Below are positions 54,377-63,930 of a stretch of 64,000 bases of DNA, piece by piece. The notes beneath the pieces were generated by a model. That model was not told the DNA's origin. It saw only the letters and a program-made list of their open reading frames with translations, and did no database searches. Made by a program: the position numbers and the translations under genes. Each line of letters opens with the position of its first letter. The stretch's first letter is position 1. Source of the stretch: Bacteroidales bacterium (GTDB taxonomy: Bacteria; Bacteroidota; Bacteroidia; Bacteroidales; DTGW01); the NCBI GenBank assembly GCA_035374585.1, contig DAOSPF010000004.1:5866-69865 (forward strand). The letters run 5' to 3'.

Positions 54377-55234
54377 ATGAAAAAAATAATACAGATAATT
54401 ACGGTTTTGATTGTTTTTGTTTTGAACGTTCATTCGCAACAATTAGTTGAAAAGGATAAAACTTGGAGTATTGCTCAATTTGATGATAAGAATGGATTAG
54501 ATACCTGTTATTATTTAAAAATTGGGGATGATACCTTGATTAACGATAGAACTTATTCAAAAGTATTAATATCAGGAGACTCTCTAATGACAAATTGGCT
54601 TGAATATGACAAATATCTTTGCCAAGATCAGAATGTTGTTTATTGTTATAGTAAATCGGTTCAAAATGAATACGTCCTTTATAACTTTAATTTATCTATA
54701 GGAGACAGTATTAAGGTTGAAGGGAATGGCTTTTATATTTATTTAGATTCTATAAAGACTAAAAACACAAAGAAGTATTTTTATTTTTCACGAAATGGCG
54801 AAATTACCACATGGGTTGAAGGTGTTGGCTGTTTAGATGATTTGTTTCAAAATTCCGGGAATATAAATATTGTAGGAGGATATTCCACTTTACTTTGTTG
54901 CAAGATTGGCAATGATGTTTTGTATCATAACGTAAAATACAACAATTGTTTTTTAACAACTTCGATAAAACGTTCAGTAGATGAAGCTATTGTGTTTCAG
55001 AACTATCCTAATCCATTTAATGATAAGACTTACATAAATATTAATAATTACTATAATACCAAAGCATTTCTTTGCATCTATAATGTATCAGGTGTATTAT
55101 GTAAAAAAATTGAAGTAAGGCAATATGGCGCAAATAATATATGTATCGAGAATTTAGCCAAAGGGGTATATTTTTACAATTTTACCATTGACGGGAAATA
55201 TAAAAGCCAATTAAAAAGGATGATATGCTACTAA
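54377..55234 (+). CDS. Hypothetical T9SS-secreted protein
   Basis: Start at MKKIIQIITVLIVFVLNVHSQ (ATG 54377; the ORF track begins at 54353). The C-terminal …FQNYPNPFNDKTYININ…GVYFYNFTIDGKYKSQLKRMICY is a T9SS CTD. Confidence 0.7.
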   Translation: MKKIIQIITVLIVFVLNVHSQQLVEKDKTWSIAQFDDKNGLDTCYYLKIGDDTLINDRTYSKVLISGDSLMTNWLEYDKYLCQDQNVVYCYSKSVQNEYVLYNFNLSIGDSIKVEGNGFYIYLDSIKTKNTKKYFYFSRNGEITTWVEGVGCLDDLFQNSGNINIVGGYSTLLCCKIGNDVLYHNVKYNNCFLTTSIKRSVDEAIVFQNYPNPFNDKTYININNYYNTKAFLCIYNVSGVLCKKIEVRQYGANNICIENLAKGVYFYNFTIDGKYKSQLKRMICY

Positions 55235-55263
55235 AGACATTTGGGTAAATGACTTTACGATTT

Positions 55264-56394
55264 TTAAGCACCAGCTTTTAGCAATGGCCTTAATTTCAAA
55301 GCTGTATCCAAGAAGATAATATTGGCGTTCCCATTACTTTCAATATTTGAGGCACCCGCATTGAACAGTTGGGCCAGCCTGTCGCAATTGGCCTGGTTAA
55401 AAAAGGCGTTCATCCTTTTTGAAAATTCTTGTTGTTCAGTGTTTTGGTAAAGCAGGGCTGTGTTTTGGGTAAGGTTATAGACAAAGCTGTTTCGTATGAG
55501 GTTGAGCGACAGGTTGAAAAAGCTTTTTTGCTTCTCGCGGCCAAGTGTGGCCATTTGAGCAGACCAGCCCACGAGGTTTATCACATCGTTTTTTTGCACC
55601 AGTTCAATGAGCGATTTGAAATAAGCGAAGTTGTCCCTTTCGTTCTCATTTTCCCGGATGAATTCACCAGCTTTGACAAAGTTCCCGGCAGCCATCCTGG
55701 CGATTATTTCGGGGTTTTCCACATCAGGGAATTTTGCCCGGATTCCTGCTACTAATGATTCGGCATCAATGGGCGGTACATGCGTCAGTTGGCATCTCGA
55801 AAGGATAGTTTTCAGGAGCATCCCCGGGTTTTCAGATACCAAGATGAAGTAGGTTTTCAGAGGGGGCTCTTCCAGTATTTTCAGTATTTTATTTGAGACC
55901 GTTTCGTTCATCTTTTCCGGAAGCCAGATAATCATGGTCTTTAGGTCTGATTCAAATGGCTTTAGGTTTATTTTTCGCAATATTTCAGAGCTTTCGTGTT
56001 CAAAAATACCTGTCTGCTTGTTTTCGTTGCTGATTTTCTCGGTCCAGTTGTTGAGGCTGAAGTATCCCTGCTCGTGGAGCATTTCGCGCCATTGGGGCAG
56101 AAAATCGTTACTGCTTTGCTTACGTGAGCCTTCGGTGTTGACAGTAGGAAAAACAAAATGGTGGTCCGGGTGTATGTATTTTTCAAACTTGAGGCATGAT
56201 GGGCATTTTCCGCAGGCATCAGTCTCGGTTTTGTTGGAACAATGGATGTATTGGGCAAAAGCTATTGCCATTTGCAAGCCCCCGTTTCCTTCAGGGCCTG
56301 CAAACAGTATAGCATGGCTAACACGGTTTTCGCGTATAGCATTTATCAGGCGCTTCTTAATGTCCGAATGCCCTATTACATCAGCAAATTTCAT
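55264..56394 (-). CDS. holB: DNA polymerase III subunit delta'
   Basis: HAILFAGPEGNGG (degenerate P-loop), Zn module C..…CGKCPSCLKF, and IIWLPEKMN…NKILKILEEPP. Confidence 0.85.
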   Translation of the reverse strand: MKFADVIGHSDIKKRLINAIRENRVSHAILFAGPEGNGGLQMAIAFAQYIHCSNKTETDACGKCPSCLKFEKYIHPDHHFVFPTVNTEGSRKQSSNDFLPQWREMLHEQGYFSLNNWTEKISNENKQTGIFEHESSEILRKINLKPFESDLKTMIIWLPEKMNETVSNKILKILEEPPLKTYFILVSENPGMLLKTILSRCQLTHVPPIDAESLVAGIRAKFPDVENPEIIARMAAGNFVKAGEFIRENENERDNFAYFKSLIELVQKNDVINLVGWSAQMATLGREKQKSFFNLSLNLIRNSFVYNLTQNTALLYQNTEQQEFSKRMNAFFNQANCDRLAQLFNAGASNIESNGNANIIFLDTALKLRPLLKAGA

Positions 56395-56415
56395 ATTTGT
56401 TGCAAAAAGAAGATA

Positions 56416-56847
56416 TTATTTTACCAAAGAAGCCTTGTTTACAACAACATCCATCAAGTAGCCATTGCAAACACCTTTTATTTTAACTGTTTTGCCAATC
56501 GATATTTTAGAGGTATCAGCAACCTGGCTTTTCCCCAATGCACAATTGACTCCGGACATGGCTCCTTCAGGGCGTAAAACAACAACAACAGCATTACTGT
56601 CAACAGTTATTTCGGCTACCGGGCCTTCTATTTCAAGAATCTTGCCCAAATACTTGGCATTTGCAGTGTTTTCATTGTTTTCAAAATCGGTAACGAGCTG
56701 CTTGCTTTGTACCGAATAATCTGTTTTTTGTTTTGCCACGGTATCGTCTGCTTTTCTGAAAACAAATAAAAGCACTATAAACCCAATTACTGCAAGAGCC
56801 AGCCCAATAATGAGGGTATATTTAATAAAAGTCTTCGCTTTTGACAT
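56416..56847 (-). CDS. Membrane-anchored OB-fold (tRNA_anti-like) protein
   Basis: 143 aa with an N-terminal TM helix. …ANAKYLGKILEIEGPVAEI…VKIKGVCNGY is the typical layout of this small family. Confidence 0.6.
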   Translation of the reverse strand: MSKAKTFIKYTLIIGLALAVIGFIVLLFVFRKADDTVAKQKTDYSVQSKQLVTDFENNENTANAKYLGKILEIEGPVAEITVDSNAVVVVLRPEGAMSGVNCALGKSQVADTSKISIGKTVKIKGVCNGYLMDVVVNKASLVK

Positions 56848-56906
56848 AATAATAAGTTTTAATGGATAAAGGAGAACAAAAGTATGGTAAAAAAGAAAAT
56901 TGTGGC

Positions 56907-57458
56907 TTATTTTTTCTCAGCTTTCAGTTCGAGGTTAATCTTTACATCTACAATTTTAGCCACCCTGTTTTCTACTACTTTAGGTACTTTTATATCATAA
57001 TCGGCAATAGAAACCTTGAAATTGCTCGAACCAACAATTACACCGTCTTTTAATGAAACAACAACCGGCAAGCTCACGTTTTTTGTTTTTCCATGAATGG
57101 TAAGCTGTCCTTCGGCAGTAAGCTTAGTTTCGGCAGAGGAAAGCTTTGCCATGTCAAAGCCTGCGATTTTGCCTTTGAAATTTGCCTTAGGATAAAGGTG
57201 CGATTCCATGTAGGTTTCGTTGAAATGCTCTGAGGCTGTTGCCAGTGTAAATTCAAAAGCTTTTATAAGCATAGCGCAGGCTACATTGCCAGTTTGAGTT
57301 TCCAGTACGCAAAAAACCTGATTGTTGGTGCCATCAATATCAATTACATCAGTGTGCGACATAAAATAAGCTTTACCTGTTTTGGTAAAGTACTTGTCCT
57401 GACTGTAAGTAGTACAAATAAAACAAAGTGACAAAACAAGAAATAGTATGTGTTTCAT
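56907..57458 (-). CDS. YceI-family (polyisoprenoid-binding lipocalin-like) protein
   Basis: 183 aa with a signal peptide. …AKGQLTIHGKTKNVSLPVVV… is the YceI pattern. Confidence 0.8.
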   Translation of the reverse strand: MKHILFLVLSLCFICTTYSQDKYFTKTGKAYFMSHTDVIDIDGTNNQVFCVLETQTGNVACAMLIKAFEFTLATASEHFNETYMESHLYPKANFKGKIAGFDMAKLSSAETKLTAEGQLTIHGKTKNVSLPVVVSLKDGVIVGSSNFKVSIADYDIKVPKVVENRVAKIVDVKINLELKAEKK

Positions 57459-57473
57459 GATATTAGTGTGTAA

Positions 57474-58385
57474 TTATTGTTGAGTTGTTTTTCTTCCTAA
57501 GGTGAAAACCATAGAAATGTTGAAGCCAAGACGGATATCTCCATCTGTGAACGATTCTGAGGATTGTGTCAACATCCCCGGCTCGAGCATTGAAGAACTG
57601 TTGGTGAGCATGATTTGAAAAACGTGCCCTGAAACCTGGATATCAACTCCAATGTTTACCGGGTCATAGTATTTTTGTGTGGCAGTGTTTCTGTCGCCTA
57701 TCACGTAAAAGTATTCAGCATTGACCGAGAAAGTGTTGGTGAGCTTATAGCGCCCCCCAATGCCTAAAGCATAGTAGTCATTATCTTGTTGGGGGGTTTC
57801 GACCATGTTGCGGTGTACAAAGGTTGGCGAGAGCTGCAACGACAATTTTGGCGAAAACATCCGTGAAATTAGCAATTGATGGGTATAGCTGCACCTGCGG
57901 CTGAAATCATCGTTTCGTTCCTTGTCATTCTCATAGTTATAGGCATCGGCTGCCATTGTCGAAACCCAAACAACATTTACTGGGATGGTTCTTTTCGATG
58001 ATTTTTGTTGGCGAAAAACCGAAACTTTGGCAAAACCATTGAAGAAGGCATCACTTTGTCTGCCAATACCTGCCATCAGGTAGTCTGTAATACCATATTC
58101 GAGGCTTAGGTACGAGTGCGACCCGTCAATGCCCCAAAAACGGTTGTACCCTTCGCTTACCTGGTCAAAACGGTGGTGAACCCTGAAGTCGAGCCCGCCT
58201 TTGGGTATCATTTGAGTAGATTGAAAATTGACAATGCGACTGGAATAAAATGTCCCTAAAGCATAATCTACGTGGTCTGCCATTTGTTCATCCAGAAAAG
58301 CATCAAGGTCGTCCTGGGCTTTGAGGCCAATGGTTGAGATAAAAGTGGCTAAAAATATTATATAACTGTATTTCATGTGTCTCAT
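57474..58385 (-). CDS. Outer-membrane beta-barrel protein (DUF5777-like)
   Basis: Signal peptide and alternating-strand pattern. The YceI-adjacent position is as I recall for DUF5777. Family recalled, not verified. Confidence 0.5.
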   Translation of the reverse strand: MRHMKYSYIIFLATFISTIGLKAQDDLDAFLDEQMADHVDYALGTFYSSRIVNFQSTQMIPKGGLDFRVHHRFDQVSEGYNRFWGIDGSHSYLSLEYGITDYLMAGIGRQSDAFFNGFAKVSVFRQQKSSKRTIPVNVVWVSTMAADAYNYENDKERNDDFSRRCSYTHQLLISRMFSPKLSLQLSPTFVHRNMVETPQQDNDYYALGIGGRYKLTNTFSVNAEYFYVIGDRNTATQKYYDPVNIGVDIQVSGHVFQIMLTNSSSMLEPGMLTQSSESFTDGDIRLGFNISMVFTLGRKTTQQ

Positions 58386-58396
58386 TTTTTTCGGGA

Positions 58397-59143
58397 TTAA
58401 AATTTCTTAAGGTTTTCACGTTCATCTTTGGTCAATGCCCGCTTGTAAATAAGCAAATCGTCGATATATCCTTTGAAAAAGCCTTTATTGGCGCTGCTTT
58501 TGCCAATACAAACCTGGCCGTTTTTATAGTCAATGTTTTTAGGGAGCAGGCGCCATGCATCTTCTCCATTGATTTTGTTGTAAAATATCAGTTTGTTGAC
58601 CCCGTCATTTACAATTTCTATAATAACCAAATTCCATTCGGTATAAGTATCAATGGTATTTGTTTTATCTTCAGTTTTTTGGTCACCCACAATCAGGTTG
58701 ATGTCAGAAGCACCGGTAGTGCCATCTACCTCAAAAACTGTTGCTCCCTGGCCTATATCAACAAGTACAGGTTTGGGTTCACTCAGGTATTTTAGTTGTT
58801 GTTCGCTTTTTAGCCAAAAACAAACCGTAAGTGTGTCATATTTTTGGTTCAATACCTTAATAGAATTGTTGCCATTAAGATAAAGACATGCTTTTGATAA
58901 TGCGCCACGGGTATTATTTGAGTAACTGACCTCATTTTCAGCTTCAACTGTCTGACCATTATTTGTTTTTTCATTTAGAGAATTGTCAAAAGCAAAAAAA
59001 GCAATCAGCCCTTTGGTGCCATACTGATATACAGAGTCTGTACTGGCATGTTCTTTTTTCCAATCCTCTTCATTTTGATAAGTGCAGGCAGCCAACATGG
59101 CTATTATAGTAATAGCAGCCCATGTAAAATAGTTGTGCTTCAT
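58397..59143 (-). CDS. LamG-like (concanavalin-A-like lectin) domain lipoprotein
   Basis: Lipobox …IIAMLAAC. …ACLYLNGNNSIKV…TVCFWLKS…GYIDDLLIYKRALTKDE is typical of Laminin_G_3. Confidence 0.7.
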   Translation of the reverse strand: MKHNYFTWAAITIIAMLAACTYQNEEDWKKEHASTDSVYQYGTKGLIAFFAFDNSLNEKTNNGQTVEAENEVSYSNNTRGALSKACLYLNGNNSIKVLNQKYDTLTVCFWLKSEQQLKYLSEPKPVLVDIGQGATVFEVDGTTGASDINLIVGDQKTEDKTNTIDTYTEWNLVIIEIVNDGVNKLIFYNKINGEDAWRLLPKNIDYKNGQVCIGKSSANKGFFKGYIDDLLIYKRALTKDERENLKKF

Positions 59144-59277
59144 AAAAATTAGTTATAGTTTGAGCGGTCTAAGTTAGGGTTTGAAATTTAAACAGACAAT
59201 GATTAACTGATTTTTAACAGGTTTTTTAAATGTTGAAAATACACTTTTAAAATTAAAAAAAAGGGCCAATCTTGTTG

Positions 59278-59285
59278 TATATTTG
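59278..59285 (+). promoter_or_regulatory. Candidate -7 promoter box for sodB
   Basis: TATATTTG fits TAnnTTTG and lies 61 nt upstream of the ATG. It is embedded in the direct repeat TGTTGTATA…TGTTGTATA. Confidence 0.3.
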
Positions 59286-59345
59286 CTGTTGTATAAAATT
59301 GACTTGACAATTGCTTAAAAATTCATTATATTAGAATAAAAAACA

Positions 59346-59930
59346 ATGAAACACGAATTGCCAGTTTTGCCTTATGCTGCCGATGCTTTAAATGCGGTTA
59401 TTAGTCCAAAGACTATTGAATTTCATTATGGGAAACACCACCAGGCCTATGTAAACAATCTCAACAACCTTATACCCGGCTCTGCCTTTGAGAATGCAAG
59501 CCTTGAAACTATCATCCGTGAGGCCGATGGAGGTATATTTAATAATGGGGCCCAAGTTTGGAACCACACCTTTTATTTTATGACTTTTTCTGCAACTCCG
59601 CAGGCTGAACCAACGGGGCCTTTGGCTGATGCCATAGTAAAAAAATATGGTTCCTTTGCCGATTTTAAAGCAGCTTTTGCAAAATCTGCAACAACTTTAT
59701 TTGGTTCTGGTTGGGCTTGGTTAGTACTAAGGCCGGACAATACGCTTGATATTGTCCAGGAACCTAATGCCGGAAACCCTATGCGGCAAGGATTGAAGCC
59801 ACTTTTAACCTGTGATGTATGGGAACACGCCTATTATCTCGATTATCAAAACAGGAGGCCGGATTATATTGAGGCTTTTTGGAAAATTGTAGATTGGAAA
59901 ATTGTTTCTGAAAGATTTTTAAAACAATAA
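59346..59930 (+). CDS. sodB: Fe/Mn superoxide dismutase (Fe-type/cambialistic signature)
   Basis: LPYAADALNAVISPKTIEFHYGKHH, AQVWNHTFYF, DVWEHAYYLDYQNRRPDY. Confidence 0.95.
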   Translation: MKHELPVLPYAADALNAVISPKTIEFHYGKHHQAYVNNLNNLIPGSAFENASLETIIREADGGIFNNGAQVWNHTFYFMTFSATPQAEPTGPLADAIVKKYGSFADFKAAFAKSATTLFGSGWAWLVLRPDNTLDIVQEPNAGNPMRQGLKPLLTCDVWEHAYYLDYQNRRPDYIEAFWKIVDWKIVSERFLKQ

Positions 59931-60057
59931 CTTTTGTTTTTGGGTTATTGGTACAAATTTTGTTGACATTTGCAACTTCAAAATTTGATAAAATTTTGAT
60001 TTTTCATTTTAGTTAAAATTTTGAAGTTCAGGATTTTAGAAACATTTTTCACAGAGT

Positions 60058-60846
60058 ATGAATTATATTGAAGCGTTCATTTTAGCGGTTGTTGAAGGTA
60101 TCACTGAATTTTTGCCCGTTTCGTCAACTGGGCACATGGTAGCCTCCTCTACATTGATGGGAATAGCACATGATGACTTTACAAAGCTTTTTACTATTGT
60201 TATTCAGTTTGGGGCCATTCTTTCAGTTATTGTATTGTATTGGAAAAAATTTTTTCAAAGTATTAATTTTTACCTGAAATTATTTGTGGGTTTTATCCCG
60301 GCAGCTATTTTTGGCGTATTGTTTAGCGACCAGATTGACGCAATGCTCGAAAATGCCATTATTGTAGGCATAATGTTAATTATTGGAGGAGTATTCTTCT
60401 TATTTGTGGACAAACTTTTTGAAAAAACACAAGTTGACGACAATCTGCCAGGCTATAAAAAGTCCTTTATCATTGGTTTTTTTCAGTGCATAGCTATGAT
60501 ACCAGGGGTATCTCGGTCGGCAGCCACTATCATTGGGGGGTTAAGCCAGAAGATGACGCGTAAAGCGGCTGCCGAGTTTTCATTTTTTCTTGCTGTGCCA
60601 ACCATGTTTGCGGCTACTACCAAGAAATTGTATGATTTTTATCAGGATGGGATAATGATGAATGCTGAACAGGTTAAAATTCTTGCTTTCGGAAATATTG
60701 TTGCTTTTATAGTAGCCATCATTGCTATCAAATCTTTTATCACATTTTTGACAAAGCATGGGTTTAAGCTGTTTGGTTATTATAGGATTATAGCAGGAAT
60801 CCTCATTTTGGTAATGGTAATGTTTGGCTTTCAATTGAAATTTTAG
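60058..60846 (+). CDS. uppP: Undecaprenyl-diphosphate phosphatase
   Basis: [13 protein letters not shown] and [10 protein letters not shown] motifs. 262 aa, polytopic. Confidence 0.93.
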   Translation: MNYIEAFILAVVEGITEFLPVSSTGHMVASSTLMGIAHDDFTKLFTIVIQFGAILSVIVLYWKKFFQSINFYLKLFVGFIPAAIFGVLFSDQIDAMLENAIIVGIMLIIGGVFFLFVDKLFEKTQVDDNLPGYKKSFIIGFFQCIAMIPGVSRSAATIIGGLSQKMTRKAAAEFSFFLAVPTMFAATTKKLYDFYQDGIMMNAEQVKILAFGNIVAFIVAIIAIKSFITFLTKHGFKLFGYYRIIAGILILVMVMFGFQLKF

Positions 60847-60847
60847 T

Positions 60848-61546
60848 ATGACGGCCGAAGATTTTAAAGCAGGACAAGTTATCCTTATTGATAAGCCGCT
60901 TACCTGGACTTCATTCAACGTGGTAAGCAAGATAAAATATGCCCTGAAACGTCAGTTACAACTGAAAGACCTTAAAGTTGGCCATGCCGGGACACTTGAC
61001 CCGCTGGCAACAGGTTTGCTTATTGTTTGCACAGGCCGTAAGACTAAAGAGATAGAATCAATACAAAATACTGAAAAGGAATATATTGCTACTATCGAGT
61101 TTGGGAAAACTACCCCATCGTATGACTTGGAAACTCAGTATAATGGCCAATTCCCTTTTGAACATATAGATGAAGAAGCCATAAATAAAGCATTTCAGTC
61201 TTTCTTGGGTGAAAGTCTGCAGGTGCCGCCTGTATTTTCTGCCAAAATGATTGACGGTAAACGGGCATACAAATATGCCCGCAAAGGAACAGAAGTAGAA
61301 ATGCGGCCTAATATTATCAATATTAGCGAGTTAGAAATAATAAGTTTTGAACGCCCGGTATTAGTTGTACGCATCAAATGTAGCAAGGGTACATACATCA
61401 GATCGTTTGCATACGACCTTGGCAAAGCCTTGCAAAGTGGCGCACACTTGAAAGGCCTACGTCGCACGGCCTCAGGAAATTATCATGTAAATGATGCAAT
61501 TTCTTTAGACACATTTCAGGAAAAATTAGTAACTTTGCAGCCTTAA
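60848..61546 (+). CDS. truB: tRNA pseudouridine(55) synthase
   Basis: KVGHAGTLDPLATGLL catalytic motif. 232 aa. Confidence 0.93.
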   Translation: MTAEDFKAGQVILIDKPLTWTSFNVVSKIKYALKRQLQLKDLKVGHAGTLDPLATGLLIVCTGRKTKEIESIQNTEKEYIATIEFGKTTPSYDLETQYNGQFPFEHIDEEAINKAFQSFLGESLQVPPVFSAKMIDGKRAYKYARKGTEVEMRPNIINISELEIISFERPVLVVRIKCSKGTYIRSFAYDLGKALQSGAHLKGLRRTASGNYHVNDAISLDTFQEKLVTLQP

Positions 61547-61605
61547 AATTTTATAAAATATTGAATAGCAACAAGTTGCTTGTTTAAACATTAATATTAT
61601 AAACA

Positions 61606-62655
61606 ATGAAATTATCCCAGTACAAGTTTGCGTTGCCTGCCGAGTTGATTGCAAGCTATCCTTCTCCAAACCGTGATGATGCACGGTTGATGGTAGTCGA
61701 CAGAAAAACGGGAGAAATAGAGCATAAAATTTTTCATGAAATCATCAATTATTTTGAAGAAAATGATGTGATGGTTTTCAACAATACCAAAGTATTCCCG
61801 GCACGCTTGTACGGGAACAAAGAAAAAACAGGTGCTGAGATTGAAGTGTTTCTTTTACGCGAACTTAATCGCGAACAGCGCTTGTGGGATGTACTGGTTG
61901 ACCCTGCCCGCAAAATACGTATTGGCAATAAACTTTATTTTGGTCAGGACGATTCGTTAGTTGCTGAAGTTATTGACAATACCACCTCTCGTGGACGTAC
62001 GTTGCGTTTTCTGTTTGACGGTGACTATGATGCATTTAAAGAAACATTGTATAGTTTAGGTGAGACCCCTCTCCCAAAAACAATAAAAAGACCTGTTGAA
62101 GCCGAAGACCGTGAACGTTACCAGACGGTATTTGCACAACACGAAGGGGCTGTTGCTGCGCCTACTGCAGGATTACACTTTAGTAAACCTCTCCTCAAAC
62201 GCCTCGAAATAAAGGGCGTTGAGTTTGGATTTATTACGTTGCACGTTGGCCTGGGCAGTTTCCGTTCTGTTGACGTTGAAGATCTTACTAAACACAAGAT
62301 GGATTCGGAGAGGATTATTATTTCAGAAGAAGTCGCCAATATTGTTAATAAAGCAAAAGAAGGTAAAGGAAAAATATGTGCTGTCGGGACAACTGTGCTT
62401 CGTACCCTCGAAAGCTCTGTAACCACCAATGGTACACTTAAACCTTATGATGGTTGGACCAACAAATTCATCTTTCCTCCTTATGATTTTAGTGTCCCCA
62501 ACAGTATGATTACCAACTTTCATTTGCCTTTATCAACGCTTTTAATGACTGTATCGGCTTTTGCCGGGTATGACCTGTTGTTTAAAGCATATAAAGTGGC
62601 CATTAAAGAAAAATACCGCTTTGGTACTTACGGCGATGCAATGCTGATTTTGTAA
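61606..62655 (+). CDS. queA: S-adenosylmethionine:tRNA ribosyltransferase-isomerase
   Basis: [19 protein letters not shown]…RDDARLMV…, [12 protein letters not shown], and …[12 protein letters not shown]. Confidence 0.95.
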   Translation: MKLSQYKFALPAELIASYPSPNRDDARLMVVDRKTGEIEHKIFHEIINYFEENDVMVFNNTKVFPARLYGNKEKTGAEIEVFLLRELNREQRLWDVLVDPARKIRIGNKLYFGQDDSLVAEVIDNTTSRGRTLRFLFDGDYDAFKETLYSLGETPLPKTIKRPVEAEDRERYQTVFAQHEGAVAAPTAGLHFSKPLLKRLEIKGVEFGFITLHVGLGSFRSVDVEDLTKHKMDSERIIISEEVANIVNKAKEGKGKICAVGTTVLRTLESSVTTNGTLKPYDGWTNKFIFPPYDFSVPNSMITNFHLPLSTLLMTVSAFAGYDLLFKAYKVAIKEKYRFGTYGDAMLIL

Positions 62656-62667
62656 CAAAAGCAGACA

Positions 62668-63930
62668 GTGATGGACAAACTGCTTGCAATAGTTTTTCTT
62701 TGTTGGGGCATTTACTGTTTAGATGCTCAAACAAAGAATGACACTATTTGCGACAAAGATATCCATACCATTCAGCTTTATGTTGAAGGTTGGGAGATGT
62801 CTAACCCTGTTATTTTTCTCAACTCACAAGATAAATTGCACCTTTCTTTCGACGACCTTTCGGGAAACCCCAAAAAGCTTTATTATACCATCATTCACTG
62901 TAATGAAAAGTGGGAACAAGAAAATGTTTCGTATTACGAAATAGCCGAAGGTTTTGAATCAAACCCGCTGATGGATTATAAATACTCTGTTAGCACAGTG
63001 GTCAACTATTTGCACTATGACCTAATTTTTCCCAACGAAAACTGCAGACCAATTGTATCTGGCAATTATTTGCTCATTGTTTTTGCAGACAACGATATAG
63101 AGAAGGTTGTTTTTCAAAGAAAGTTTTATGTTGTTGAAAAATCTGCTATTATCGACTTCCGTATTATCAAACCTGAAATAGCACGCTATATGCAAAGACA
63201 ACACCAGTTTTATCTGGTTGTTACACCCGATGTGCAGAATAGTATTGACCTAAGGTCAGAAATTAAGGCTGTTGTGGTGCAAAATTTTAATTTTAACACC
63301 CGAAAAACCTGTTATTTGGCCCAGTTGCAGGATAATAAAATATTGGTGTATGACAACCCGGACTCGAACCTTTTCATGGGTTTAAACGAGTTTCGCAATT
63401 TTGATATAAAAAGTATCCGTTATCAAAGCCCGCGTATCAAGTCTATCTCATACCTGATGAACTGGTACGAAGTTGTTCTCCATCCTGACTCTTGGCGCAA
63501 TAAAAAACAATATTTTTCTGAACAGGATATCAATGGAAAGTTTTTTATCGAAAACTCAAACGGAAAAACAAAAGATATAGATGCCGACTATGTAATGGTG
63601 TATTTTCGCCTTCTAACTCCTGATAGCCTTGAAAGAGGCAATTTATATGTGAATGGGGCATTCAATAACTGGCAATGTAATGAATATTCGCGTTTAAAAT
63701 ATGATACGCTTGAACATGCTTATAAAATTAACCTTCTGCTAAAACAAGGTTATTACAATTATCTGTTTGTATACAAGGAAGCTCCTTCCAGTATTCCTGA
63801 TTATGTTTTTGTTGAACGTTCGCACTATGAAACCGAAAATGAATACCAAGCTTTCATCTACTATCAAATGCCAGGCGAACGCTATCAAAGGCTTATAGGA
63901 TATGCAGTAGCCAATTCATTGCACAAATAG
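62668..63930 (+). CDS. DUF5103-like protein (candidate type IX secretion system plug protein)
   Basis: 420 aa with a signal peptide. IHTIQLYVEGWEMSNPVIFLNSQDKLHLSFDDLSGNPKKLYYTIIHCNEKWEQ matches my recollection of the DUF5103 N-terminal signature (…L.LSFDDL….Y.Y.I.HCN..W). Confidence 0.55.
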   Translation: MMDKLLAIVFLCWGIYCLDAQTKNDTICDKDIHTIQLYVEGWEMSNPVIFLNSQDKLHLSFDDLSGNPKKLYYTIIHCNEKWEQENVSYYEIAEGFESNPLMDYKYSVSTVVNYLHYDLIFPNENCRPIVSGNYLLIVFADNDIEKVVFQRKFYVVEKSAIIDFRIIKPEIARYMQRQHQFYLVVTPDVQNSIDLRSEIKAVVVQNFNFNTRKTCYLAQLQDNKILVYDNPDSNLFMGLNEFRNFDIKSIRYQSPRIKSISYLMNWYEVVLHPDSWRNKKQYFSEQDINGKFFIENSNGKTKDIDADYVMVYFRLLTPDSLERGNLYVNGAFNNWQCNEYSRLKYDTLEHAYKINLLLKQGYYNYLFVYKEAPSSIPDYVFVERSHYETENEYQAFIYYQMPGERYQRLIGYAVANSLHK

